A DNA stretch of 64,000 nt from NCBI RefSeq assembly GCF_009834535.1, contig NC_045696.1, positions 46,626,001 through 46,690,000 on the forward strand, read 5' to 3'. Position numbers and translations under genes: made by a program. This document shows positions 11,581 through 25,620 of this stretch, piece after piece. A model generated the notes under the pieces. The model was not told the DNA's origin. It ran no database searches and worked only from the letters and a program-made list of their open reading frames with translations. Numbering within the stretch: position 1 is the stretch's first letter; every line of letters begins with the position of its first letter. The DNA comes from Camelus ferus. Lineage: Eukaryota.

Positions 11581-13742
11581 GCAGCCGGAGGTAGGCCAAG
11601 GAACACGACCCTGGGAACCGGCCCCAAATGCAAACACCCCGAATGTGCACTAACTGGAGACTGTTTAAACAAATTGGTATAGATGCATATAATGGAATCT
11701 TTTTTTTATGACTCCTGTGCTTATTTATGGACATGAAGCATTTACGAACAAAAAAATGAGTTACAAAGTGGTTCGTATACTCTGGATTTATTTTTATTGT
11801 TTTTTTAAAGAAACTATAAGTACACCGAAGTTCCCCAGGTGATGGGACACAGAACGGACACAACGTTGTTTCAGGCAAATTGCTCCATTAAGTGTGTGAT
11901 GTAATTTTAGAGACGTGGACGTTCTTGCATCCAGTGTGCAACACAAAGTAGCCCAGTGTGCAGGCAAGCAGCAGGGAGTGCAAGTCAGCCCACAGCAGCC
12001 TCCCCACCTGGTCCCGCTGACCCCACCTGCTGCCCAGTGGGATCTCAGGGGTCAGCCGCTCTTCACCTCGGGTTTGTAGCATTCTCCTTTACTGCATTTT
12101 AATTGCAACTGCAAAGTGGTGATAAGGCGGAGGCTAGCAGTCTATTTCAAGGCATAAAAGGAAAAATGCAGCATCCTTAGTACAAAGTTTGTGGCTAGTC
12201 ACGGGTGGTTCAATAGTTTTAAAAATCTTGTCTTTTTCTTGGAAAAAAAAAGTTTAAAAAGGAATGGTAACACTGCTAGTGCTGATACAAAAGCAGTGGA
12301 GGCAAATCTAAAGCATTTCAATGTATGTGAAATGTGATTTACTCAAGACCTTTGAAAACTAGTTGATTGCATAAGTTGGAAGAGGTCTGTATTCCCTAGG
12401 AAAAGTGGTTTTCTCTGCATGGTGGGATTTCAAATTATACTCCTTTGTTGGCTTTTTTCCCCCTAATATTATCTCCAAAAACTGTGTTAGTTGGTAACAA
12501 AGCATGATGATGAAGGGAACAGGCAAGAAAGACAGGGCATCTGCTTAATCAGTAGCAGTTTTTGTGGGAAGTGGCCATTAAGAAACACGGAGAGAAGCAG
12601 TTCCAGAACATCTCTAAAGGAATCTGTGCGGAGAACAGGCTGAAGCTAGGTGTCAGAGCACTGTAGATAAGACAGAGACAGTATCTATTCCAACTCTCTA
12701 CGTGTCAAAAATGAGGGGAGTGGCTTAAAGACCACGGCCAAAGTTTCCCCTCCCCTCTTCCCCCAATCCTTGACATCACCTCCAGCCACCTTAAAAGGTG
12801 ACCCTCCTGGTGATGACAGTCTGGGCTGGGACCTCACCTCTTCCCACCAGTGCACAAAGCCAGCGTTCTGACTTCACAGAAGAGAAAAACCAGATGGCCT
12901 GGAACGTGGCTAGAAGCAGACTTTCTAGAGAGCCTTTCTCTGCTCCCTCTGACAAACTGGTCCAGCTAGTTATTCCTCAGATGTGAACAACTCTGGTTTG
13001 TCTGCATGGAATGATGCTGGTTGTATCTACCTGATCTAACTAATGCGTACCTGTTGGTTTGTGGGCCTTCGGGCTAGAACCACTTTCTTTTGGTTATTTT
13101 ATTAAGCTAAGAAGTACTTTGTTTCTTTAAAATAAAAACAATTATTTCCTAATTATTTTTAAATGATGCTATTTTTAAAGTGCCATATATTTTTAAAATG
13201 TGTGTTGTACCCTGGCTGAATGCAGCTATAATAAATTCTGTAAATTGAAGCTAATAAATATTTAGACTTTTCAATGCATAAAAAGGGGAACGTTGATGGG
13301 CTTCGAGAAGAACAGGGATGTTATTTAAATTTCATGCATTTTAATGGAAGAAACGGTTGAGTTATCCTCTCCTTCAAAGCAATGATTTTCAGGCTCAGAT
13401 TTTTAACACCCCATGGTATCACCCATTATCCCAAGGGAGGCCACACAATTGCCATTGCCTTGTGTTCGACTCATCACATTCATTGATTTAATAGGTCCAC
13501 CTGGACATTTTTCAAAGGCAGTAATTGAAAATGCAGCCTGGCAGGTTAGCAGGAGAGGAGGTGCTGGAGCAGACCTGCGAGGCAGGGGTGGAAGGAGGAG
13601 GGCACCTGGCTGGCTTATCGGCCCCTCCACTGGGGCACAACGTATGCCGGCTCCAAGAAGCACTGACCCAGGGGCCACCGTGAACACCTGAGGGCACAAG
13701 ACAGGTGCTTCCTTCCTGCTGCTGACTGTCAGAGAAGGGCGT

Positions 13743-13775
13743 AGAGGCAGGACAGAGGCAGGACAGAGGCAGGAA
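13743..13775. repeat. 11-bp tandem repeat x3 (AGAGGCAGGAC)
   Basis: agaggcaggac agaggcaggac agaggcaggaa. Confidence 0.9.
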
Positions 13776-16279
13776 AGTCACGTGACAAAACGCTGCTGCT
13801 CGCAGTGACTCTAGTAAGTTCAAAAGCAACCACGTTGCAGAGACCATGTGTTATTTTCTCCTTTCCTTCTTATCTGAAACTTTCAATTTATTTTTTGTCT
13901 GGATGGACTGTCTCAAACTCAACTAACCGAGTTCTATTTACACACATCCATTATTGCTGTTGGTAGCGATAGCGGGATATTAACTTCTATAAAATATTTT
14001 AAGTCTTGTAAAATGTTAACTGACGTTTCTGTCTCTGAGCCAGTATTTCCCCCCACCGTCTCCATCCCCTCAGGCAGCCGGGCTACGCTGTGCTCATCAT
14101 CTCAAGGGAGGCTGGGACTGGGCGGGGGCGGGGAGGGTGCACCGGCAGGATAAACCCGAGGCCGAGGGGATGATGACAGCTCCAGGGAAAGAGCAGATCT
14201 CGGGAAGGAGAATATCAGAGGGGGTTAGAAGGGAAGAAGACTCCTCTGGGGCCCAGGAGGCATTTCCCCAGAACCAGTAAGGAGACCAGAAAGCATAGAC
14301 AGATGTTTCCTTCCTGTTAGTAACTAGGAGTCTGAGAGAACCTCAGATCTGGGTGACAGATGAGAGCTGATGGAACTCAAGGACAGGAAGACCCCAGGGA
14401 GGGACTTCAGATGAACAGAGGAAGAGGGTCCTTACCTGGCCTCAGAGAAACATTCCTGCGTCGCCCAGGAGGCACAGGCACAGCGCAGAGAGGCACGGGG
14501 TATAAGGCACCAGCTGGATAGAACGAACGGTTTTGTATGTCCCTGGCAACCTGTGTGCATCAGCAGCTGCGGATGGAGGCGTGGAAGCCCCAGCAGGCGG
14601 CTGTGGAGATGCGAAACCAGGCACCGGAGAGCCCCACCTTACTCGCACCTTGTACTCTGTGAGGCCCCAGAACTTACACTCAACTCTGTAGCAAAGAAGT
14701 ACGGGACTGACTGAGATGAAGTTTGCAGGTCTGAAACAGACATTAAGTTTAGTGGTAGGAAATAAACTACATCTTTGTACATCTGAATTATGAACAAGGT
14801 TCATGTCACATATAGTGTTATTTATACCCTATTTTGTAGACGTTAGAATGAATAAACTTACAGTTGTAGAGTTTACCATTTCAAAGCATTTCCATGAACT
14901 TGATAAAAATGGGCTCTTCCCCAGAAGTGTGTGAGGTAGGGAGGAAGAGTATTATGCTCACGGCATAGATGAGGAGGCTGGGAAGCTGGGAGAGAGAGAC
15001 TAAGGAATGTGCCCAACATCACACAGCTGACACCTGTATCGTGTTTCACTAGACCAGTGCTTATCAGCCCCTTCAACCCGTCCTACCATCATCATCTTCT
15101 CCCACCACCAACCATTCTTGTATCCCTTCCCTACGATAACCAAAAAAAGTTTCATGACTCCTTCAGCATGATTTTTAAAAATAATCCTTTAAAACAAATA
15201 AATTTGTATATTTAAAAGAAAATCAAAGTAATGGGGCAGAGAATTGCCTTGTTTCAAAGTCTGTCCGACCAACCCCCATTATTCTTAAATATTATTGAAT
15301 AGGTAAGCTGTTTGAGGGCACACCCCACCTCTTATTCATCCTTTACTATGTTTTGCATAGAGTCAAATCAGGGCGTCATCCCACGATTGCTCCACCCATT
15401 ATAGAGCCGTTAGGGCACCGTCAGCTGAAAATACCCAGAAGGATAGGGCTGGGAAGACTTGGAGACCACGTACTCAGTGGCCCCTGCATGTGCAGTGAGA
15501 AATGCAGTGATTGTTTAAAGTCAGTCACACAGCCAGAGTGTGGCACGCTGAACAGCCTGGTCTAGAACAAATAAAGCCTCGTCTCCTTATTCTCTGCACA
15601 CTGCATTGCTGGCCAGCTTGAGCCAAAATAAATACTCTGATGAATTTAACCATCCCCCAAACTCCATTTATAAAAAATAGCTGTCAAATCAAAAAAAATT
15701 TTCTTATTACATGATGCTCTCCTTACTTGAGATGCTTAAAATTTTTTCTACAGAGTCACAATATATTTCTCATATTGAAAATGTCAGGTTCCCGTTTGTT
15801 AAATGATAATGTCAGTGACCACAAAAAAATGAATTCCTGGTGAAGGATATAAACTCTGCAAAAACTTGGATTCCAATATCTGTAGAGATACGAGTGATAA
15901 CTAGGAACTTGCTTTGCCTGAGTTGTTTTGAAATAGTTGTTACGACTGTCATCGTTAGCAGCAAGGCTGTGCATGTGCACGCCTGAGAGACTGGGACTGC
16001 TGATGTTTGTACTCGTATTTGTCTCTGTCATCAAACTCCAGAGCGGATATTGCCAAAGGTCTCATTCTCAGGCAAGAGATTGCAGCTGACAACAGGAAGC
16101 ACAAGGCACCAATATTTGTTGAGCAGCTAATGTGTCTAGGGACCATGCTGGGAGAACACGGTGCATCCACTTCCTTAGGAGACTGGCTGGCCTGCCGTGG
16201 CGTGAACACACTCTGACTCGCTCACATGTCGTTCATCGATGCAACTGTTGAACAAAATAGCCGACAGTTACCCACTGGG

Positions 16280-17090
16280 CTCCTGCGTCTTGTTCTAGGT
16301 GCTGGGAACACAGCCGTGAACAAACCAGATATGCTCCTTACTCTCTCGGAGCTACCATTCCAGAGGGGAAAGAAAAAACCATAAAAAGTAAGCAAATAAA
16401 TGAACACGCTAACGACTTTCTCTCTACACTGTGCTAAGCACTTAATTACGCCATATCATTTAATTATCAGAACAACCCATGTGGGTACGACTATTCACTT
16501 AATGTTACAAATGTTACAAATGAAGGACAGAGAGGGTAAATCAGTGTACCCAAACTCTCAAAGCCCATGAGAGGCAGAGATGAACTACAGACTCAGGAAA
16601 TCCTATTCCAGGGCTCACTACACTATAAAACTTTATGAAAACCACCTGTTAAATATAGGACTGACTTCCCAGCTGGTAGGGGAGACAGAAGATGCAGCTG
16701 GAGTGTGGCAGGTGGCATACTTCCACAAGCCAAGTGTCAGCAGGCACCACAGGAAGGACAGCACATCCAGAAGAGGGGTGTCTGGAAAGGTTTTCTGGAG
16801 AAGTTGCGGCCTGATCTGGGTCTTGAAGAACAAATGGGAATTCACTGGGAAAGGGCATGGAAGAGCACTGCAAGCCAAGAGGGCAACTTGAACTTTATGC
16901 ATGGCCGGAGGTGCGTGGGGAGCAGAAGACAGGAGGCCCAAAAGAAATTAAGGGTTTTGGGTGCTATGGCTAGAACCAGCTGGGACTCTTTACCTAAAGG
17001 TGATGGGAGCCACTGACTGCTTTTAAGGAAGAGAGTGATGTGATACCATTTGCATTTTAAATGATTCCCTTTGGGCTCCTTGTCCACTGG
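16280..17090 (-). mobile_element. L2 LINE fragments interrupted by a MIR (~16425-16620)
   Basis: ttctaggtgctgggaacacagccgtgaacaaaccaga..ggagctaccattccag and ggttttctggagaag..gggagccactga..agtgatgtgat..tttgcatttta are typical L2 3' segments. Confidence 0.65.
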
Positions 17091-20000
17091 GAGTGTAGTA
17101 AGAGCTGACTCCCTTCTCCTGCTCCCTAAGCCCAGCTCCCTGAGCAACCTGGGCCAGGTCTATAGTATTCACCCCAGACCTCCTATCACCAGTAAAAGAT
17201 GCTACTTTTGATATAAAGAAACAGATCTTGAATTGGAATGCAAGCTGGCTAGAAGGTATCAAGGTCAGAAAATATTCTAGATCATGGAACTTTTTTCTTC
17301 TCCTGTCTTTACCATACCAGATGCAAACCTTAAAACCAGCAAGCTTAAAGTTTTGCTAGTTTCATGTGATCCTCTTAAGACTCCTGAGCTTAATTTTAGA
17401 GCCCTGAGGACTTAGCATAGCTGGGACAGGGAGACTGGTGGGTAGGAATATGGAACAAGATCCAAGATGTTTTTTCTGGCTTCTCTGTAGTTAAGAAAGC
17501 AGTTTTCAGGGTGGAGAAATCTTGAGCTTTGAAGCTGGCTAGTACTGGACTAAAATTTCTCCTATGAAGTCACAAATGGCATGGTAGCATACTGACTTTC
17601 TTTTTTTTTAATAAACAGGGGGAATAAGACTATATATTCACTCTTTCTCTTTATGCATAAATGAACTCCGAAAGGGTACACAGGAACAAACAAAAAGTGG
17701 TGTGGGGGCTGGGAGAATGAGAGCTGAGTAGGTGGGAGACAGAAAATAGTTCATCTTTATGTATACGTATTTTTAAATCTTTGAATCAAAGCACTAAATT
17801 TCCCATTCAAATGATATCTCATCTCTAAAAGGAATATAACCATGACTACTGGTTAGATTGTGGTGAGAACTGAGATAAAGCATGTGAAACAATAGGGCCC
17901 TGAAACACCGGGGTGAAAGAGATACCATCCTTGTCCTTGACAGTGTTCGTGTCACCCAGTGTATCTGGGGTTTAATGATGATGGTAAACCTAAGAGGGTA
18001 CTTCTCTTGGTCATAGCACAGAAGGCACAAGATGATACCAGGAGAAGGCTGTTGATTTGACTGGGAAACGGCCGCTAAATATAACACAAAAAGCAGGACG
18101 TTTTCTCTTCCAGAATGATCAGTCAGCAGCCACTCACTTTATTTTGTATGGTCACAAATGGACTTGTGAGCTGGAGAGAATCACATTGTTTCTAAATGGG
18201 AAAAAGTAGGATATTTTTATTGAAAAAAACCCTGCTGCTGAACTGGCCTAGAAGTCTACTCCATGATTTCCTTTTAAGCCCAGACTTCTCGGTTTGGGTA
18301 AAAATCTATTTGAGAAATATGTGGTTGAATGGCAAGAGCAAAAGTCAGAAAAAGGGTGTCTCAGTGATATAAGGCAATAGTTGAGAAATTATACAAATTC
18401 TCTGTAAAAGAAGGCTGATTAATAGCCACAGTGATTCATGGCTTTAAGCTTGACATAACATTTGCTTCTAGTTTCAGTTTAGCAAATATTTATGGAGAAT
18501 CCTTACGTACCTCACACTGTTTTAGATGCTGAATGGGCTTCTAAAGAATTACTACATATAATCCAGTCCCTGTCCTCGACAGTTTTTTTTTTCTTTTAGC
18601 AAAATATACCAAGCAGCACATAAAGGAGTTTTTACTAATATATGATAAAACACCAGGGCAGGAAGAGAGCCATATTGGATGGTTGTCATGGGGAAGAGGA
18701 AACTCAGAACGATTAGGCAGCCAGGATGTGAGAAGACACCAAAGTGAATTCTTTTCAGTCAAAACAGTAATTGCTATTTCTTCATGGCTAGGTGGACTCA
18801 AATGTTAATTGTGCTTTGCACCGGAAAATTTAAACAGTGAATATAAAACCGTGCAAACGTGAGGACAACTAAATCTTCCTGCTTAACCGTTTGTTCCTTA
18901 AGTCAGCTTTTTATAATGAATTGTTATGAGAAATCTGGGGGCAGGAGCTGGCTTCTGCAAATAAACTTTGGCAGGAAAAATAAAGCCTCTGAGGTGTGAA
19001 AATTAAATCTCCTTCAACTTGTAGCCCCAGAATCGCGGTGGACCCGGATGCCACAGGCGCATCCCCCGGGTGTTGGCAGAAGCTTATCAACAGCACCTTT
19101 GGAAGAGCTTGAGAAATTAGTTCAAAAGTGTTTGAAGGAGTGAATAGTTTGAATTATTCACCATTATATAGATTATATATTTGGCAGTTGTAACTGTTTC
19201 TGAGAGTACTGTTTTTAATTAAAAAAATATATACACACACACACATACATGCACATATATGTATATTCAAATTATAATTTTAAAATGCGTGTCAATAATT
19301 TAAAAACAAGAATTCACTGATCAAGCTGTCACTCGACTCTCAGAAGCCACAAATCACAGGCCGGTGGAACCCATGTCCACTGCCCCCTCCCCCTTGTTGG
19401 GTCTCCGCAGGCGGGAGACCGAGGGAAATGAGAAATGCGAAGCAGAGAGGGCAGTGCCGGGCGGCGGACTGCCGTGGGGTTTTTTGTAAAGAACAACCCC
19501 TCCCTCTACACCACAAGGGCTTATCTTTAAGCCTAGAAGCCAACAGCGATTTCTTCAAATTAGGCCACTGGTCACCATCGTGGCTTCAATAAAATTAATG
19601 AAATGACTAATTAGATGCAGAAAGTCATGCTATGGTTACACACTAAGGAGTGAAAACCCTGACCGTGTCTGCTTAGGAGGCTTATGGCCTAAAGGAAATA
19701 CAAACAGACCTCAATTTCCTTTTTTCTCACTTGAGTGAATATATCTTACACTGTTCTGTCAAATCAGGAAGGCTCTGCCAGGGAGAATAAGCTCCTTTAA
19801 TATGTATGCGGAAAGAAACCTGAAGAGTTAGCGCGGCGAACACAACAGAGTCACCTTTTCCAAAGGCTTGGAGGAACCCTACCAGGAAACAGCCTTGGAA
19901 TAGAGGTTGCCCTGTCCTCTCATCCCTGGTCTTGGACCCAAAGTGTGTGCCACTTACCTAAAACATGGAGGACAGTCATCTTCGAGAGACAGAAAATTAA

Positions 20001-20414
20001 TGGTTGTAAGCCCTCTAGAAAGATGTTTTATTTTATTTAGCCAAATGACTATTATTTTCATCGGGCAATCATGGTACTTCACATCTGTGGACTTAATACT
20101 GCAATACTCGTGCACCTGAAGGGAGAGGCTCCAGCTACATGAAGAGCCATATCTAATAAACCTGTAATGCATTTCTCAGAGGGCAACCCTCTAATTTCAA
20201 TCAGAATTGAGCCACTTGGTGCTTTTATGTGAATTACCAAGAGTGAAGTTGTACAGATTATGAATGAAAGAATTCATACATTTCTGAGAATAAACACTGA
20301 CGGTATCTACAAGGATGGTTTCCCCTACATTGCTTTTGAGTGAAAATTGGGAGGTATTTGTTTTAAGAGCTTTGTTCACTTGTTTTCTGTGGGTTCCTGC
20401 CTTTCTGTCCCTGC

Positions 20415-21253
20415 TGTCTGGGAAAAGCTCCTGTGGTTTCCTCTACTCTCACACTCACAGTTATTCTGCCACCAGATGTGTGGGGTTTTCCCCACAATGA
20501 CCAATACTCTGACACCAGCAGGATGTCCTACAATTCAATTCAGTTCTGACGTTGTCCACCTGCAGGTGGCGTGGATCTCGCAGGTTCTCAGGTTAAGGGC
20601 TCAGACTCACAGGAGTGCCCCCACTTCAGACAATTCAAGTCCCAGGTTGTCACCTGTACTTATGACCAACCAACCACCTGTAAATTAGAGTTCCCCAGAC
20701 CCTCTTATTGGACTTGATAATTTGCTAGAAGTGCTCACGCAAGTCCAGGAAACACTTATTACATTTACTGGTTTATTATAAAGGATATAAGAAAGGATAG
20801 AGATGGGCAGTCAGATAAAGAGATACATAAGTCCAGGTATGGAAGGGTCCCAAGGGCAGAAGTTTCTGTCCCGGTGGATTTAGGGGACACCTCCGTCCTA
20901 GCATGTGGACATGCTCAGCAACACATCCTATACTTCAGGTACTTTAGGGATTTTTATGGACGCTGCACCAAGTAGGCATGATCAATCATTAACTTGATCT
21001 CCAGCCCCTCTCTTCTTTCTTGAGGATGGAGGATGGGACTGAAAGTTCCATGCTTCCAATCATGGCTTGATTTTTGTGAAGACCGGCCCCCATCCAGGAG
21101 CCACCCAGAAGTCACCTCATTTGAACAAAAGACACTCCTATCATCCAGGAAATTCCAAGGGATTTAGGAGCTCTGTGTCAGAAACTGGGGTCAAAGACCA
21201 AATATGAGCAGGAACCAGGAGCAGAGACCAATATATATTTCTTATTATTTCAT
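20415..21253 (-). mobile_element. MER21-like ERV solo LTR
   Basis: accagatgtgtggggttttccccac..tgtcctacaattcaattcagttctgac..ggttaagggctcag..aggaaattccaagggatttaggagctctgtgtcagaaactgggg; homologous to 49281-50059. Confidence 0.8.
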
Positions 21254-22383
21254 AGCTACCATGCCAGTTTCCTGAAGTTGAAGGCCAACAGCACATGGCC
21301 CATTTAGGGCTCTGTGCTAAATGTTTGTGCATGAAAGAAAGGATATATTAGGGCAAGGCACATCCTCACACATCTTCCTGTCAGGCTGCTTTAAGATTAG
21401 ACAAGGCCAGGTGACCATCTGGGTGTCACCTGGGAAAACCTGCCGGAAAGCAAAAGCACTCTCAGATCATTGGATCTTCAGATTCAACCCCCAGAACATG
21501 TGTTGTTTTCTAGGCTTCTTTGAGCCTGTCCCCTCCCACCTGGGGCATGACTTGGAATAGCTTACTTTGGTCCTTGGATTTCAGCTTTGGCTTTGATCCT
21601 TGATCCGCCTTCCCCCAGCTCTGTGCATCTTTTGCTTTTACCAAAGTCCTTTGATGGAAGAGGTCTGCTCCTATTGTCTGCTACTGTGTCTCAGCTACAC
21701 ACTTTGCTCCTCCTCAATTTTTTACTCTGAAAGCCTCACTTTTGTAACTCTGATTACCTTCAGTTTTGTAACTCTGGAGGAAAAAGGTGATCTCTCTGGA
21801 ATGGAGACCCTCTTGTAGCCTTGTTAGTACCTCCTGGACACCTGCCACAGGTGCGGGACAAGTTGGGGCTGTTGCCATTGGGCTCCTGGCAGCAGTATTT
21901 TCCATGAAACTGGGTACTCCAGTTGATGTTACCTTTTTGGGTTCCAAAATAGAAAGAAATCAGAGAACAGGATAAAACGTACTTCAGGAAGAGAACTTTG
22001 AAAAATGCTTGAAAACACCAGAGTTCTGTATTGAAGTACATGATACAAATTGCTTGATTATTGTAAAGAGTGAATGTGACAAAAAATACTATGTGACACA
22101 AACATCTGGCTGTTCACATTATGGAATTAATGAGATTCAAAGTTTCCTTTGATAAAAAAGAATAACTCCCTCAGTGGCTTGTCATTGCATCTGAATATTC
22201 ACATTTTTCTGTCCAGATGGCCTCTGTTCAAATGCAGCATTTTTTTTTCTGGGAGATACACATACAAATTAATTACCATCAGTGTATCAGATGCAGTGAT
22301 ACTGTGGACTAGCTGAACAGGCTTTGGGAAATCAAACATGGGTAAAAATGTTTTAAACACAAAGTGAGTTGAGAATGTTTTGG

Positions 22384-22600
22384 AGCTGTGTTGTCCAATG
22401 CAATGGGCACTAGCCATGTGTGGTTTTTTTAAACCTAAATGCAAACTTAAATTACTTAAAATAAAATAAATAATTCAGTCCCTTAGTCACCTCAGCTACC
22501 TTTAAGAGTTGAGTAGCCACGTGTAGCTAGTGGCTACCATATTGGATGGTGCTGATACAGAACATTTCTATTATTACCGAAACTTATTGGATAACTCTGG
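22384..22600. mobile_element. MER3/MER33-like hAT MITE
   Basis: agctgtgttgtccaat...cactagccatgtgtgg...agccacgtgtagctagtggctaccatattggatggtgctg...attggataactctg, with internal inverted structure. Confidence 0.7.
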
Positions 22601-22844
22601 TCTAGAGTAAAGGGAACTTGATGGAGAAAGCATGTCTAAGTGGACTGTTTTTATGCTGTGCTTGGAATCCAAATAACCAGAAAAAAGTACTAAAAAAGAG
22701 GTGGGAGAGGTCATAGAAAAATAAGATCACACAAAATGGGGATGGCCGGGAGACCAAAGGGAAGCATTGTCTACTTCACAATTTTGCCTAGAGTCTTCGG
22801 AGTGTGTATTCTACTAGGGAAAGGCAGAATTGTCCAGCAAATCA

Positions 22845-23010
22845 TCCCTGGGTTCAAATCCTGGCTCTGACAGTAGTAGCTGGGTAGCTGTGCATGTCAT
22901 TTAACTCTTAATCTTTCATCATGTGTAAGATAGAGTTTATAATTCCTACCCTATGCCATTGTCAGGAAGAGAAAGATAATATACATGATCTGGTACATGG
23001 CAGGTACTCA
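22845..23010 (+). mobile_element. MIR SINE
   Basis: cctgggttcaaatcctggctctg..tttaactct..tcatc..tgtaag..tggtacatggcaggtactcaa. Confidence 0.7.
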
Positions 23011-24965
23011 AAGCTATTATATCTTAAAGCCCATTAGCCTGCCTTGGACCACTGACTGTGACTCACACATCTTTGTATCTGTCTCAGTGCCCAGCACGTA
23101 GTGGGTATTCCATAAACACTTGCTGGATTTAACTGAACTAGAGCATTCCCTATCTCTGTTTTTTACATTCTTGCTTTCACTATGAGTAAAGAGCCTGTGA
23201 AAGAAAGATGCTGCACGAAATCTGATGTTACTGGTATTGCAAGAGTAATTGACATGAAATAGAATCAGAAGACGACAATACTTTGGAAGCTAATCCTCTT
23301 AACTTAATGGAATTGAATTATTATAATTCATGAAATAGCACTTAAATGGTACTGCTTGGACAGTTACTGCTTGTTATTTATATTTGTTGAATTTTGAAAT
23401 TTGCCTCCTGCACAGAATTGCTTAAGGGCACAAGTACAAAGAATTAATACATTAATTATCATAAATGAATCATTAAACAGCAGCAGTAGTTAACAACATA
23501 AGCTAATATATTAAGAAAAAGAATTTTTTTCAACAGTAGGCTTAGTGCTCCTCTGCTGGAAAAAGTTGATTAAAAGAGGAGCTGATTGGTAGAATAGCAG
23601 ATGTGAAAATGGAATCTTGTGAGTTCATTTAATCCATTTCACTGCCTTCAAACCAATATGGGCAAATGACCCCTTATGGTAAAGCTCTTTATAAGGCTTT
23701 TGTAATCTTTTTTAGATCACTCATTGTAGTGATTTTTTTCTTTACAGACATCTAAGAAGACTGTTAATCTATTCCTAGGCACTAATGAGCAGCATCTGGG
23801 TTTTCACTTCTGAATCCGTAAAATTAAACCTTTTAAACTTTCAGATGTGAAGTTTTAAAATCTGGCTCCAAGGAGTCCAGACCCACTCAGGGTCTGGGAG
23901 GACAGAAAGAAGGACAGAATATGAGAATGTGAGAGTAGGCATGGGTCTGGACATCATCTTTCCAGTCCTAACCCTGCCCTCCCAACCCTGATTGAACTAG
24001 TACAGCCCAAATTTTATGTACTTAGTTTGCTTTATTTGGGTTTGAAAAAAAGCCCCAACAATTTAAAAATAACAATTTTGAAAATCATCAAGTTAGGTAA
24101 TTATGAATTTTCTGTTCACTTAAGTCCTGCAGTTATCCACCCTTTATGCCAAATTCCACCTCCACATACTCTGATTCAGTGAATTTGCCAGGTACACTGA
24201 CATTTTAAAAAATTTTGCCAGAGGATGTTAACTTGCAGCCAGGGCCGAGAACTAATTTTTAGTCCAACTGCATTGATCTCTTTTTAAGTAGAAATGAGTA
24301 TAAGTTATGTCTCATTTTTTTTTTCTGCCAGAGATAGAGTTTTGCCCAGGAGAATTAATGTTCATGGAGATTATTTTATTCTTTCTTCTCATATTCCTAC
24401 ATAAATCAACATTCCCACCTTGACACCCACCAAGAATAACTGCTGACTCTCAAACCATCTCACTTCATTATTTAACTCTACTGATTTGTATCTGTTGTCA
24501 AGAAGAGATACGTTTCATTCAATTAAGAGGGTCTGTTTTTAATAAATCTGTAAGTACTCAGGTATGAATGTTAGTATTGATATTGCTAAAACAGTGTTAG
24601 AGTGTATTTTATCTTACATTTTTTTATGCCAAAATTGAACCAGTTATTGTACCTTGTACCCAGTAGTTTCACATTGAATGAGTAATTTCACCACTAGAAC
24701 CAAGGCATTATTCTACTTACCTGTTACAACATGTGTAAACATTCAGGGGCTAGTCTCTACCACGTGCTGAGCTGGGTGTTTGCCATCATAGTAGGACCAA
24801 GATCACGTTAGCCAGGCCAGCATTCCAGGACCTTTTTCTTACCACATTCCTGCTCCAGTTAAGTGACTCCAAATTTGATAAATAGGCACCAGGGTGAATA
24901 AGGGAAATTGGTACAATCTACTGTTCCCAACAGCTATACATTGTGACTCAGTCAGAGGAACAGAA

Positions 24966-25040
24966 TCTTTCTTCCTCCCTCCCTCCCCTCCCTTCCCTTT
25001 CTCTTTCTTCCTTCCTTCTTTCCTACCTTCCTTCCTCTTT
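24966..25040. repeat. Pyrimidine-rich low-complexity (CCTT-like) tract
   Basis: tttcttcctccctccctcccctccttcccttttctctttcttccttccttcttttcctaccttccttcc. Confidence 0.85.
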
Positions 25041-25225
25041 TGAAAATATTCAAGGAAGCAGGAAAATATAGAAAATAATATCATAAACACTTATATACCT
25101 ACCACCTAGTCTTGTCAAATCTTAGCATTTTTGCATATTGAATCCAGAACTTATTTTAAGAAACAGAAATTCACAAATAGAGTTGAAGTTACCTGTATAA
25201 CCACCCGCCATTAACCCATTTTCCC

Positions 25226-25390
25226 TAGTGGCTTCCAAACTTTGATACACGTAAGCATCACCTGGAGAAATTTAAGACTCCTGTTGCCCAGGTCTTGTTT
25301 CATACCAATTAAATTGAAGGCAGCCAGTCATTAATATTTTTTAAGATTCCCAGGCAATTATTACAATGTGCAAAGTCTGGGAAACATTGC
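25226..25390. mobile_element. MER5-like hAT MITE
   Basis: tagtggcttccaaacttt..atcacctggaga..ttcccagg..aatgtgcaaagtctgggaaacattg. Confidence 0.6.
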
Positions 25391-25535
25391 CCTCCTCACC
25401 ACTCCAAATGTAACTACCATTCTACATGATGTTTATGTTTTTCTACATATATGTATTCATAAACAATGTACAGTTTACATATTTTAAAAATACAAAAATT
25501 GTATGACAGTGTATGTTTTATATGAATTTCTTTTT

Positions 25536-25620
25536 TCTTTTTTATTGAAGTATTGTCAGTTTACAATGTTGTATCAATTTCTGGTGTACAGCATAGTATT
25601 TTAGTCAGTCATATATATAC
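25536..25620 (-). mobile_element. L1 3' terminus with poly(A), fused to the U6 copy
   Basis: Minus strand reads gtatatatatgactg..tgctgtacaccagaaattgatacaacattgtaaactgacaatacttcaataaaaaagaaaa, homologous to the L1 3' end at ~60417-60497. Confidence 0.85.
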
